Shown here one piece after another: positions 42,768-51,099 of a stretch of 64,000 nt of DNA. Made by a program: the position numbers and the translations under genes. The DNA is from Elusimicrobiota bacterium (GTDB lineage Bacteria; Elusimicrobiota; Elusimicrobia; UBA1565), in the NCBI GenBank assembly GCA_003450735.1, contig DMEZ01000072.1, forward strand, positions 39,846-103,845, in the 5' to 3' direction. The notes below the pieces were generated by a model, which was not told where the DNA came from, searched no databases, and worked only from the letters and a program-made list of their open reading frames with translations. Within the stretch, counting starts at the first letter, position 1, and every line of letters starts with the position of its first letter.

Positions 42768-43694
42768 ATGCCCGCCGCCCTCCTCCTCGCTTTGCTCGTC
42801 CTCCCGGCCGGAGGCTACGACCTCGGCGGGCCCTGCGGCGCCGACGCGTCGAAAGCCCCGTCCCTGGCCGAGATCTCCGCGGCGGAGGAGGATGCGGATT
42901 GGAGCCGCGCCCTGAGCCTTCAGAAGGCGCACCTGCGGGCGCTCTGCTCGAGCGAATCCCGGTGGTCGAAGCTGGCCGACCTCCTGCTGAAGGCCGGACG
43001 GAAGGCCGACGCCCTCGAAGCCCTCGAGGAGATGGACCGCCGGGGCTTCGAAGTGAAGGCCTCGGAGTTCGCGGCCTACCCGGCCTTGAGGAAGTTCCTG
43101 GGCAGCGAGGCTTTCCAGGGATCCGCCGCGGGGAGGAGCGTCGAGGCAAAGCGGCGCGCGTCGCACGCGCGCAAGCGGGGATTCCGGGAGCGCCTCAAGA
43201 AGCTGCCCGCCTCCAGCCTCCCCCCGCCCGAGCACGTCTCGACGGGCGCCTGCCCCTTCGAGTGCTGCGCCTACCGCGAGTGGACCGCCCTCGCGGATAC
43301 GGAGCTCTTCGAGCGCCCGGGCGGCGGCGCGCTCTCCGTCAAGGCCGCCGCGGGGACAAAGGTCGCCGCCCTGACCGGCGAGGTCCGGGTCAAGCCCATC
43401 CCGCTCGGCGTCGCGGCGGACCGCCCGCCCTTCGCCAAGGGCGACCTCTTCTTCCTGCTCGACCCGCTGGGCGAGGGCTTCTACCACTACTGGAAAGACG
43501 GGCTGGTCGCCGAGGTCCTCGTCGAGCCGGACGACCACTGCCTGAACCCGGGGCCGGCCTGCTGGGCCGAGTTCGTCTACCCGGGCAGCGCGCTGCGCAG
43601 ATCGGCGTGGTGGGTCCAGCTCCGGCTGCCGGACGGCACGCTCGGCTGGACGGACCGCCCGGAGGACTTCGATGGGAAAGACGCCTGCGATTAG
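42768..43694 (+). CDS. Secreted hypothetical protein (308 aa)
   Basis: Signal-like MPAALLLALLVLPAGG, TPR-like helix region, then Cys-containing beta-rich C-terminal part (CPFECCAYREW...). Normal composition. Confidence 0.6.
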   Translation: MPAALLLALLVLPAGGYDLGGPCGADASKAPSLAEISAAEEDADWSRALSLQKAHLRALCSSESRWSKLADLLLKAGRKADALEALEEMDRRGFEVKASEFAAYPALRKFLGSEAFQGSAAGRSVEAKRRASHARKRGFRERLKKLPASSLPPPEHVSTGACPFECCAYREWTALADTELFERPGGGALSVKAAAGTKVAALTGEVRVKPIPLGVAADRPPFAKGDLFFLLDPLGEGFYHYWKDGLVAEVLVEPDDHCLNPGPACWAEFVYPGSALRRSAWWVQLRLPDGTLGWTDRPEDFDGKDACD

Positions 43695-44835
43695 GTACGG
43701 CCGCCCCCTGAGGCCGCTCTGGCTGCTCCGCGGCGGGATGGATTTCCTCAACCACGGCTCCTTCGGCGCGGCCCCGAAGAGCGTGCTCGCCGCGCAGGGC
43801 GCGTGGCGGCGCGAGATGGAGCGCCAGCCCGTCGTCCTGCTCGACGGCCGCCTGCCGAAGCTCCTTCGCGGACGGGCCTCCCGGCTCGCCGCTTTCCTCG
43901 GCGCGCGCGGGGAGGACCTGGCCTTCGTGGACAACGCCACGACCGGGGTGAACACCGTCCTGCGCTCCTTCCCCTGGCGCAGGGGCGAGGAGCTTCTCCT
44001 CGCCACCCACGCCTACCCGGCCGTGAAGGCCGCCTCCCTGCACGCCGCGCGCCGCGCCGGAGCCCGCGTGCGACTCGCGCGCATCCCGTTCCCTCCCAAG
44101 AGCGAGACCCAGCTCCTGCAGGCCTTCCAGGCGGCGCTCACGAAGAGGACGCGCCTGGCCGTCATCGACCACGTCAGCTCCCCGACCGCCCTCGTGTTCC
44201 CCGTCCGGGAGCTCGCCGCGCTCTGCCGGAAGGCCGGCGTGAAGGTCTTGGTCGACGGCGCCCACGCCCCCGGCATGCTCGACCTCGACGTGCCCTCCAT
44301 CGGGGCGGACTGGTACGTCGGCAACTGCCACAAGTGGCTCTTCGCCCCGAAGGGCTGCGCCTTCCTGTGGGCGTCCAAGGAAGGGAAGCGGGGGCTCCAC
44401 CCCCTGTCCATCTCGAGCCGCCTGGACGAGGGCTTCGCCCCCGAGTTCGACTGGTGCGGGACGAAGGACCCCACCCCCTGGCTGAGCCTGGACGCGGCGC
44501 TGGCCTTCTACCGATCCTTGGGAGGAGTGGCCCTGCGCCGGCGCAACCGGGAGCTCGCCCTTTCGGCCGGCCGCCGGCTGGCCGCGGCCTGGGGGGCCGA
44601 GCGGGCGCCGGAGGCGCTCTGCGCCTCGATGGTCTCCTTCCTCCTGCCCTTCCGCGGGAAGGCCGGTCCCGACGACGTGAAGCGCATCCACGCGGCGCTC
44701 TGGCGGCGGCGCATCGAGGTGCCGCTCTTCCACCTCGACGGCAAGCTGCTCATCCGCATCAGCGCGCAGGCCTACAACGAGCCGGGCGATTACGAAACGC
44801 TGGAGAAGGTTCTGCCGGGCCTGCTGAAGGGCTAG
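43672..44835 (+). CDS. Class V aminotransferase (isopenicillin-N epimerase / cysteine desulfurase-like)
   Basis: FLNHGSFGAAP, DNATTGVN, VDGAHAPG, PLP-lysine motif GNCHKWL. Alternative start at 43738. Confidence 0.8.
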   Translation: MGKTPAIRYGRPLRPLWLLRGGMDFLNHGSFGAAPKSVLAAQGAWRREMERQPVVLLDGRLPKLLRGRASRLAAFLGARGEDLAFVDNATTGVNTVLRSFPWRRGEELLLATHAYPAVKAASLHAARRAGARVRLARIPFPPKSETQLLQAFQAALTKRTRLAVIDHVSSPTALVFPVRELAALCRKAGVKVLVDGAHAPGMLDLDVPSIGADWYVGNCHKWLFAPKGCAFLWASKEGKRGLHPLSISSRLDEGFAPEFDWCGTKDPTPWLSLDAALAFYRSLGGVALRRRNRELALSAGRRLAAAWGAERAPEALCASMVSFLLPFRGKAGPDDVKRIHAALWRRRIEVPLFHLDGKLLIRISAQAYNEPGDYETLEKVLPGLLKG

Positions 44836-44964
44836 ACCTTCCGCAGGGCTTCGGCGAACGCCCGAGCCGAGAGGGCTGCCTCCAAGCCCGGTGGGAGCGT
44901 CCTCACTTCCGGGGCGGCTGGGCTGCGCCTTTCTTGAAGAACGGCTTCATGGCCGGGTCGAGGA

Positions 44965-46809
44965 TCACAGGCTCTTCAACCCCTCCAGGAACTCGAGGGG
45001 GCTCGCGATGCGCTTGTCCGGGTCGGGCTCCAGGGCGGCCGCGAGGAAGGTGTCGACGCCCGGGGGCAGGTCCGGGACGAGCCGGCGCACCGGCGCGTAG
45101 CTCCGCCGCCGCTTCTGCTCCAGGTAGTCCGGCCCCTGGAAGGGGCGCTCCCCGCCGAGGATCTCGTAGAGGGTGACCCCCATCGAGAAGATGTCCGAGC
45201 CCGGGCGGGCCTCGCCCTCATGCTGCTCCGGCGCCATGTAGGAGAGCGTCCCGCAGGACTCCCGCAGGGCGCGGTCCTTGGCCGAACGCGCCAGCCCGAA
45301 GTCCATCACCTTCGCGTAGCCTTCCCGGCAGAGCATCACGTTGGAGGGCTTGAGGTCGCGGTGCAGGACGCCGCCCCGGTGGGCGCAGTCCATCGCCTGG
45401 CAGACGAAGCCGAACAGGGTCCGGCACTCCTCGAGCGGCAGGCGGCCGCGCTCCTCGAGCTCCGCCGAGAGGGGCCGGCCGTCCACGAACTCGAGCACCA
45501 GGTAGATCTCCCCGCCCTCCTCCACGACGTCGTGCACGCCCACGATGTAGGCGTGCGTCAGCCTCGCCGCGACGCGAGCCTCCCGCAGGAAGCGGTCCCT
45601 CTCGCGGGCGTCGGTGCGGAGGTCCTCGCGCATGCGCTTGACCGCCACCTTGCGGTCGAGGTTCCGGTCGAAGGCCTCGTAGACGACCCCCATCCCCCCC
45701 TCGCCGACGGGCATGCGGAGCTCGTATTTCCCCGCGATCAGCGAGGTCGGCAGGGCCCTCACCCCGTCCTGCCGGGGGCGCTCCTTCTTCGGCTTGGGGC
45801 GCTCAAGAGCCCGGGGGGCCACGGGCAGGGCCGGCTCCTCGTCGAGGGCCGCCTTCGAACGCTCGTAGCGCTCCATCGCGTCCTTGAACACGAATCCTTC
45901 CGTCCAGAACCGGCCGAACACTTCCGCAGCGAGCCTCAGGTCTCCCGCCTCCTCGGCGCGCAGGGCGTACTCGTAGTACAGGTCGGGGTGCGCCTTGACG
46001 GGGCACTGTCCGCGGAAGACCGGCCAGGCTTCCTTCATCCGGTCCCAGAGCCCTTCCTCCAGGAACAGCCGGAACGCGGCGGAGTATTCCTCGGCCGTCC
46101 AGTCCAGCCGGGGCTTGGCATCGAGCGCCGCGACCGCCTCGTCGTTGCGGCCGGCCGCCGAGAGCGCCCGCACCCGCAGGGCGGCGTCCCGCGGCTCGGG
46201 GGCCTTCATGTCCAGGACCTCCAGCGTCTTCTCGGGCAGGCCCTGCCGGAGGAAGGCCTTGGCGTAGGCCCGCAGGAACTCGGGGCCCTTGCCCGGGCAG
46301 ACCGTCTTCACGAACTCGCCCGCCTTGAGCGCCCGCACCAGGACGCCGGCGGCCTTGTCGCAGTCCGTTTCCTTGCGCGCCGCGTACAGGAGGACCCGAG
46401 GCTCCAGCAAGGCCAGGGCTTCGGCGGGCTTGTTGGCGTCCGAGTAGCGGCGGGCGACCTCGAGCAGGTGCTCCTCGGGGAGGCGGCCGAGGAGGGAGCT
46501 CATCGGGCCGAGGGAGGCCAGCGTCCACGCCTCGTCGGCGGAGAGGCGGCGCGCGTCGCCTCCCGCGGCGAGGTACTCCACGCAGAGCCCGCACGCCTCG
46601 GGCTGGCGGGCGCGGAGGGCCTCGCGCAGGCGCGAGAGGAGGGCGCCCTGAGCCTCGAGCGAGCGCCGGGCCAGCAGGAGCAGGCCGGCCGCGGCCGACG
46701 CCGCCAGGAAGGCTCCGCCGAGCAGGAGGGTCAGCGCGCCCCCCCGGCGCGGCCGCAGAAATTCGGCGCCAGGATGGGATCGAGCCCCTGTTCGATGTCG
46801 GAGATCCAC
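44965..46809 (-). CDS. Ser/Thr protein kinase with N-terminal TM anchor and helical-repeat region, kinase domain C-terminal
   Basis: VGEGGMGVVYEA, VAVKRM, HRDLKPSNVML, DFGLA, YMAPEQ. The ATG at 46809 overlaps the upstream gene by 79 nt. Alternative CTG at 46734 (CTGA overlap). Confidence 0.85.
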   Translation of the reverse strand: MDLRHRTGARSHPGAEFLRPRRGGALTLLLGGAFLAASAAAGLLLLARRSLEAQGALLSRLREALRARQPEACGLCVEYLAAGGDARRLSADEAWTLASLGPMSSLLGRLPEEHLLEVARRYSDANKPAEALALLEPRVLLYAARKETDCDKAAGVLVRALKAGEFVKTVCPGKGPEFLRAYAKAFLRQGLPEKTLEVLDMKAPEPRDAALRVRALSAAGRNDEAVAALDAKPRLDWTAEEYSAAFRLFLEEGLWDRMKEAWPVFRGQCPVKAHPDLYYEYALRAEEAGDLRLAAEVFGRFWTEGFVFKDAMERYERSKAALDEEPALPVAPRALERPKPKKERPRQDGVRALPTSLIAGKYELRMPVGEGGMGVVYEAFDRNLDRKVAVKRMREDLRTDARERDRFLREARVAARLTHAYIVGVHDVVEEGGEIYLVLEFVDGRPLSAELEERGRLPLEECRTLFGFVCQAMDCAHRGGVLHRDLKPSNVMLCREGYAKVMDFGLARSAKDRALRESCGTLSYMAPEQHEGEARPGSDIFSMGVTLYEILGGERPFQGPDYLEQKRRRSYAPVRRLVPDLPPGVDTFLAAALEPDPDKRIASPLEFLEGLKSL

Positions 46810-47435
46810 CGCTCGACGCAGGGGTCGGACCAGGTTCGCGAGCAGAGCCGCAGGTAGTCCTGGACGACCCTCCGCTCACCCGCCGAGAGCAGCAGGCGGG
46901 CCAGCCCGAGCCGGGGCTGGCCGCGCCACTGCCCGGCCAAGAGCAGCTCTTCGCCCGCCTTCTTGCGGTCGCCCGCCTTCAAGGCGATGCGGCCGAGCAG
47001 CTCGTGCCCGTTGTGGAGCGCCCCCTCGTAGTACGGGTCGCCCTGGAACGACAGGGCGAGCGAGAGCAGCTCGTTGGCGAGCTGGCCGGATCTCTCGTAA
47101 TCGCCGGCGCGGAAGGCGTCCTCCGCGAGGTCGGAGAGCTGGAGGAAGCGCTCCCTGTGCTGCTTCTCGGGGGCGTTCTCGCCGCTGTTGGCCTTGGCGA
47201 GCATGGTCAGCGAGCCGTCCTTCGAGGCCGGGACGGCTTTGGAGCGCGAGGCCCCCGGGGCCGGCGCGGGCGCAGACACGACGACGGGAGCCGGCGCGGG
47301 GTCGGGAGCGAAGAAGACCTGGACGAGGCCCGCGCCGAAGGCCGCGCCTCCGGCCAGGCCGAGAGTGAAGAGGGCGGCGCCCGCCCGGGTGCCGACCACC
47401 CGGGGCACTTCGGCCAGCAGAGGGCCGAGCGTCAT
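46731..47435 (-). CDS. Hypothetical membrane-anchored protein (234 aa)
   Basis: TM segment AGAALFTLGLAGGAAFGAGLV, Pro/Ala linker, helical C-domain (AEDAFRAGDYERSGQLANELL). The ATG overlaps the upstream stop (ATGA). Confidence 0.6.
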   Translation of the reverse strand: MTLGPLLAEVPRVVGTRAGAALFTLGLAGGAAFGAGLVQVFFAPDPAPAPVVVSAPAPAPGASRSKAVPASKDGSLTMLAKANSGENAPEKQHRERFLQLSDLAEDAFRAGDYERSGQLANELLSLALSFQGDPYYEGALHNGHELLGRIALKAGDRKKAGEELLLAGQWRGQPRLGLARLLLSAGERRVVQDYLRLCSRTWSDPCVERWISDIEQGLDPILAPNFCGRAGGAR

Positions 47436-48031
47436 AGGAGGACTCCCCCCAGCCAGAAGTAGACGGCGCCGGGCAGGACGGGGAGCCAGAGGTTGTCGTC
47501 GAGCGGGACGGGAAGCAGCTCGACCGCCGTCGCGGCGAAGGCCGCGAGCCAGAGCGCCGGCCCGCGGAAGCCGCAGACCCAGCCCGCCAGGGCGCAGGCC
47601 GCCAGGCAGGCCAGGGAGCCCTCCAGCGTCTTCTTGCGGCCGAACAAGCCGATCTGGACGCGGCCGAGGCTCCGCCCCACGAGAGCGGCCGCGGTGTCGC
47701 CGAAGGCGAGGCAGAAGAGGGCCGCGCTCACCACGGCGGGCCGGGCTCCGAAGAACGCGATGGTCAGCCAGGCGCCCAGGCTCGTCCAGAGGACGCCGCT
47801 GACCTTGCTCGCCTCGCTCTCGCGGTGGATGCCGCCGAAGACGCGCATCAGGAAGCCGTTGACGGCGGGCTGGTTCAGGCGGAGCGCCTCGATCGCGGCC
47901 TCCAGGACGATCCAGGCCCCCAGAGCGATCAGAGCTTTGTCGCGTCCGAGCAGCAGATAGGCTCCCAGATAGAGGAGGCTCAGGAAGTGGAAGAGCTTTC
48001 GCAGGAGTTCGCGGCGCATCTCGGGGCTCAC
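47432..48031 (-). CDS. CTP-dependent polyprenol/diacylglycerol kinase family membrane protein (dolichol/phytol kinase-like, CTP_transf_1)
   Basis: RKLFHFL, FGDTAAALVGRSLG, KKTLEGSLA. GTG at 48031 gives a GTGA overlap with the upstream stop. Alternative ATG at 48019. Confidence 0.7.
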   Translation of the reverse strand: MSPEMRRELLRKLFHFLSLLYLGAYLLLGRDKALIALGAWIVLEAAIEALRLNQPAVNGFLMRVFGGIHRESEASKVSGVLWTSLGAWLTIAFFGARPAVVSAALFCLAFGDTAAALVGRSLGRVQIGLFGRKKTLEGSLACLAACALAGWVCGFRGPALWLAAFAATAVELLPVPLDDNLWLPVLPGAVYFWLGGVLL

Positions 48032-48738
48032 GCTCCGACCGCCTTCAGGCCGTGCCGGACCATCTCCCAGGCGCCGCCCCAGAACGCCCCCGTCCAGACG
48101 GCGGCCAGCTTCACGCTCTGCGCGAACGGGACGGTGCGGGGGAACAGGCATTTGAGCACCGCCAGCAGGAGGACGCCGTTGAGGAGCAGGATGAGGACGA
48201 TGCCGAGCACGGCGCCCGTGTCCTCCAGATCCCCCTGGCGGGCCGCCCAGAGGGACTCGGCCGTGTGGAAGAAATGGAACGAGAGGCTCGCCCCCATCGC
48301 GAGCAGGAAGGCTTCCCGCGCCAGGGGCGTGCCGGCCCAGAGGGCGGCGCGGTAGAGGAGCACCGCGGCGAGCGCATAGAGCGGCAGCCAATACGGAGCG
48401 AGGGCGATGAAGGGGTTCGAATGGGAGAGGTCCACGTGCCCGCTTTCGAGGCCGACCTTGATGCCGTGGACCTTGCCGCCCAGCATCCAGGCCGCCAGCG
48501 CGTGGGTGAGCTCGTGGGCGAACACGTAGGCGGGGCGCAGGCGCGCGAGGTCCGCGAGGTAGAGCAGGCCGTAGCCGGCGAAGCCGAGGAGGAACCAGCC
48601 GCCGATGGAGAGCCCCGAGGCCGGTCCGGAGGAGAAGGCGCGCTCAGCGACGAGGGCGAAGGCGCGGGCCGCGGCGACGGCGAGGCAGGCGGCCGCCGGC
48701 GCGAGGGCCAAACCGAGGAGCGGTCGGGCCAGCCTCAC
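48028..48738 (-). CDS. Membrane HExxH zinc-metallopeptidase-like protein (M50/DUF3267-like)
   Basis: VFAHELTHALAAWMLGG, six hydrophobic segments. GTG at 48738 overlaps the upstream stop (GTGA). The upstream 110 codons of the track ORF are Arg/Gly/Pro-rich. Confidence 0.6.
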   Translation of the reverse strand: MRLARPLLGLALAPAAACLAVAAARAFALVAERAFSSGPASGLSIGGWFLLGFAGYGLLYLADLARLRPAYVFAHELTHALAAWMLGGKVHGIKVGLESGHVDLSHSNPFIALAPYWLPLYALAAVLLYRAALWAGTPLAREAFLLAMGASLSFHFFHTAESLWAARQGDLEDTGAVLGIVLILLLNGVLLLAVLKCLFPRTVPFAQSVKLAAVWTGAFWGGAWEMVRHGLKAVGA

Positions 48739-49196
48739 TCGAACATCGCGGGTTCGTAGGGGATCTTCCTGGCGTCCAGCTCCTTTTTCCAGAGCGCCAG
48801 GGCCTCTTCTTTCCGCGCGCGGGAAAGCTTTGTCCAGCGGCTCTCCGGAGGGGCGAACAGCTCCGAGCCCGTCTTGAACCAGTGGTAGGCGTACTTGAGC
48901 GAGCTCTCGGCCGCGCTCTCGTCGGCCCGGAAGCGCTCGAGCTCCAGGCGCCGCTCGTACTCGGCCTCCGGCATCCGCCCCGCGGCCTTCTCCGCGTCGA
49001 GGCGGGCCTTCTCTCGGGAGAACTGGGTCTCGAAGAAGGCCTTCTTGGCCTCCGGGCGGGCATGCCACTGCATGTATTTCTCACCCTCGCGGTAGGCGGA
49101 GCGGGCCCGCAGGACGAGGTCGGCGGCGGCCAAAGCCGCCACGGCGGCGGCCGCCGCCAGGACCCAGGCCAGTTTCCGCAGGAGGGCGGAGCGCAA
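48735..49196 (-). CDS. Hypothetical membrane-anchored protein (153 aa)
   Basis: TTG start, anchor LAWVLAAAAAVAALAAA, charged helical body (EAEYERRLELERFRADE). Confidence 0.55.
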   Translation of the reverse strand: MRSALLRKLAWVLAAAAAVAALAAADLVLRARSAYREGEKYMQWHARPEAKKAFFETQFSREKARLDAEKAAGRMPEAEYERRLELERFRADESAAESSLKYAYHWFKTGSELFAPPESRWTKLSRARKEEALALWKKELDARKIPYEPAMFE

Positions 49197-49207
49197 CGGC
49201 GGGGCCT

Positions 49208-49681
49208 CTACCAGCTGCTCGAGAGCGGGCCGCGGTCGACGGAGCGGCGGATCTCCGGAGGCTGGGTCTTGAGGAGGCGGTGAAGGATCGAGGAGAGGAT
49301 GGCCGGCTTGATGGGCTTCTCGATGAACTCCCGGACGTTCGACTCCTGGCGCACCATCTCCACGGTCTGGCGGTCGATGCGGCGGCCCGTGATGATGAGC
49401 ACGGGGATGCCGCGAGCGTCGCCCATCTGCAGGCTCTTCAGGACTTCGAAGCCTCCCAGGCCGGGGAGCATGAAGTCGAGGATGATGGCGTCCGGGTTGA
49501 GCGCCTCGGCCTTCCTGAGGGCTTCCTGCCCGTCGGCGGCCCGCTCGACCTTGAAGCCTTCCTTCTTGACGACGTGCTCGAGCAGATCGAGGATGCTCTC
49601 GTCGTCGTCGACGATGAGGATGAGCTTGTTCTTGGGGTCCTCGAGGTTGGAAAGGATGGAATCCTGCGCTTCTTCGGTCAT
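49208..49681 (-). CDS. Single-domain CheY-like response regulator
   Basis: LILIVDDDES, IILDFMLPG, LIITG, IEKPI. GGAG lies 6 nt upstream. Confidence 0.9.
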   Translation of the reverse strand: MTEEAQDSILSNLEDPKNKLILIVDDDESILDLLEHVVKKEGFKVERAADGQEALRKAEALNPDAIILDFMLPGLGGFEVLKSLQMGDARGIPVLIITGRRIDRQTVEMVRQESNVREFIEKPIKPAILSSILHRLLKTQPPEIRRSVDRGPLSSSW

Positions 49682-49756
49682 GATGGCTCCTGCTCGAATC
49701 CCGTGTCCGGACAGTGTATCACGAATAGGCGAGCCCGGGCAAGCGGGCGAGCCTCC

Positions 49757-49987
49757 TCAGAGGTTCGTCGTGACGAGGGTCTCGGTCCCCTGCACCCCAT
49801 GGATGCCCCGGACTTCCCGCACGATGAGTCCGCTGAGTTTGTCGAGCGTGTCCGATTCGGCCGTGAGCACGACGTCCCAGGAGCCGAAGGTGAGGAACAC
49901 CTCGTTGACGCCCTTGATGCTCCGCATCTGCGCGACCGCCTTCTGCTCCAGCCCGGCGACGAGACGGCAAAGCACGAACGCTTTCAT
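49757..49987 (-). CDS. Stand-alone Lrp/AsnC ligand-binding (RAM) domain protein
   Basis: 76 aa: MKAFVLCRLVAGLEQKAVAQMRSIKGVNEVFLTFGSWDVVL...GTETLV. Confidence 0.7.
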   Translation of the reverse strand: MKAFVLCRLVAGLEQKAVAQMRSIKGVNEVFLTFGSWDVVLTAESDTLDKLSGLIVREVRGIHGVQGTETLVTTNL

Positions 49988-50003
49988 GATGCCTCCTGTG
50001 GGT

Positions 50004-50648
50004 CTAGCGCTTCCTGTTCCAATCGTCCGACCGATATCGCGAAGCCAGCTGCCGGGCCGACGCCTCGGCCTCGGGCCCCGGCCCGGCCGGGAGGAAGACC
50101 TCCCGGCTCTGCAGGGAGAGCCCCTCCGCGAGGGCTCGCCACAGCCGCTCCAGGGCCAGACCGAGGCCCTCGGGCCTCAGGGAGCCCTGGTAGAGCCCGG
50201 CCCCCCGGCGCTTCCTCAGCGCGCCGCCGAGGACCTTCGTCCCATCCTCCCGGGCGAGGTCCATGGGCTCGCAGCGGGAGAAGCAGAGGGAGGCCGTCCC
50301 GAAAGCGGCCTCGGGCCAGAGCGTCGTCCGCACGCCCGCGCCCCTGAGCCCCGCCTGCACCCCCTGGTGGATGCTCCGGTAGACCATCTTCGGGGTGAGC
50401 GGGCGCGGCCAGGGGAACACGAAAGAGAACGTCAGATCGCCGTCGTGGAAGACGACGCCGCCCCCGGTCGGGCGCCGCACCAGGGGCAGGTCCCGGCCGC
50501 CGAAGCGGGCCCGAGCCGCCGCCTCGGCGGCGGCCGCCGGCACGAAGTAGCCGAAGGTCGTCCCATAGGGGGGACTGCCGGCCCACCGGAAGCGCCGCAG
50601 CAGTCGGCGCCCGCCGGCGTTCTCGAGGAGGGCCTCGTCCATCGCCAT
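50004..50648 (-). CDS. Lipoate-protein ligase / octanoyltransferase family protein (BPL_LplA_LipB domain)
   Basis: MAMDEALLE, RRPTGGGVVFHDGDLTFSF, KVLGGALRKRRGAGLYQGSL. The coordinates use the first canonical start. The reading frame is open to 50762, and a CTG at 50705 (CTGA overlap with the gcvH stop) would add 19 plausible residues. Confidence 0.75.
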   Translation of the reverse strand: MAMDEALLENAGGRRLLRRFRWAGSPPYGTTFGYFVPAAAAEAAARARFGGRDLPLVRRPTGGGVVFHDGDLTFSFVFPWPRPLTPKMVYRSIHQGVQAGLRGAGVRTTLWPEAAFGTASLCFSRCEPMDLAREDGTKVLGGALRKRRGAGLYQGSLRPEGLGLALERLWRALAEGLSLQSREVFLPAGPGPEAEASARQLASRYRSDDWNRKR

Positions 50649-50701
50649 CTGGGCGGCGGCGTCGAGCTCCGGGGTCTCGACCTCGAAGGCTCCGCTTTGG
50701 G

Positions 50702-51091
50702 TCAGTGGGCCGCCGTCTTGAGGAACTCTTGGTAGGCGGCGAAGTCCATCAGGCTGTTCATCTCAGCCTCGCTGGAGGGCTTGATCTTGAAGAACCAGCC
50801 CTTCTCGTGGGGCGACTGGTTGACGAGCGCGGGGTTGCCCGGCAGATCCGGGTTGACCGCCGTGACCTCGCCCGAGACCGGGGCGTAGAAGTCGAAGGCC
50901 GCCTTGACCGACTCGATGACGGCCGCGGCCTCCCCCTGCTTGAGCTTGCGCCCGACCTTGGGCAGCTCGACGAAGACCACGTCCGTGATCTCCTTCTGGG
51001 CGTGGTTGGAGAGGCCCACGACGGCGGCGTCTCCCTCGGCCACGATCCACTCGTGGGATTTCGCGAAGCGGCAGGATTCTGGGTTCGCCAT
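50702..51091 (-). CDS. gcvH: Glycine cleavage system H protein
   Basis: 129 aa, lipoyl-lysine motif AAVIESVKAAFDFYAPVSGEV. GGAG lies 5 nt upstream. Confidence 0.95.
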   Translation of the reverse strand: MANPESCRFAKSHEWIVAEGDAAVVGLSNHAQKEITDVVFVELPKVGRKLKQGEAAAVIESVKAAFDFYAPVSGEVTAVNPDLPGNPALVNQSPHEKGWFFKIKPSSEAEMNSLMDFAAYQEFLKTAAH

Positions 51092-51099
51092 GTTGTCTC

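Noticed and set aside
40451-42769. 969-aa minus ORF (39860..42769) and 764-aa plus ORF (40465..42759) over the asmA region
   Set aside because: Only the last 196 codons (pyrE) have normal composition. The remainder is Arg/Pro/Gly-rich and overlaps the well-behaved 762-aa AsmA-like frame.
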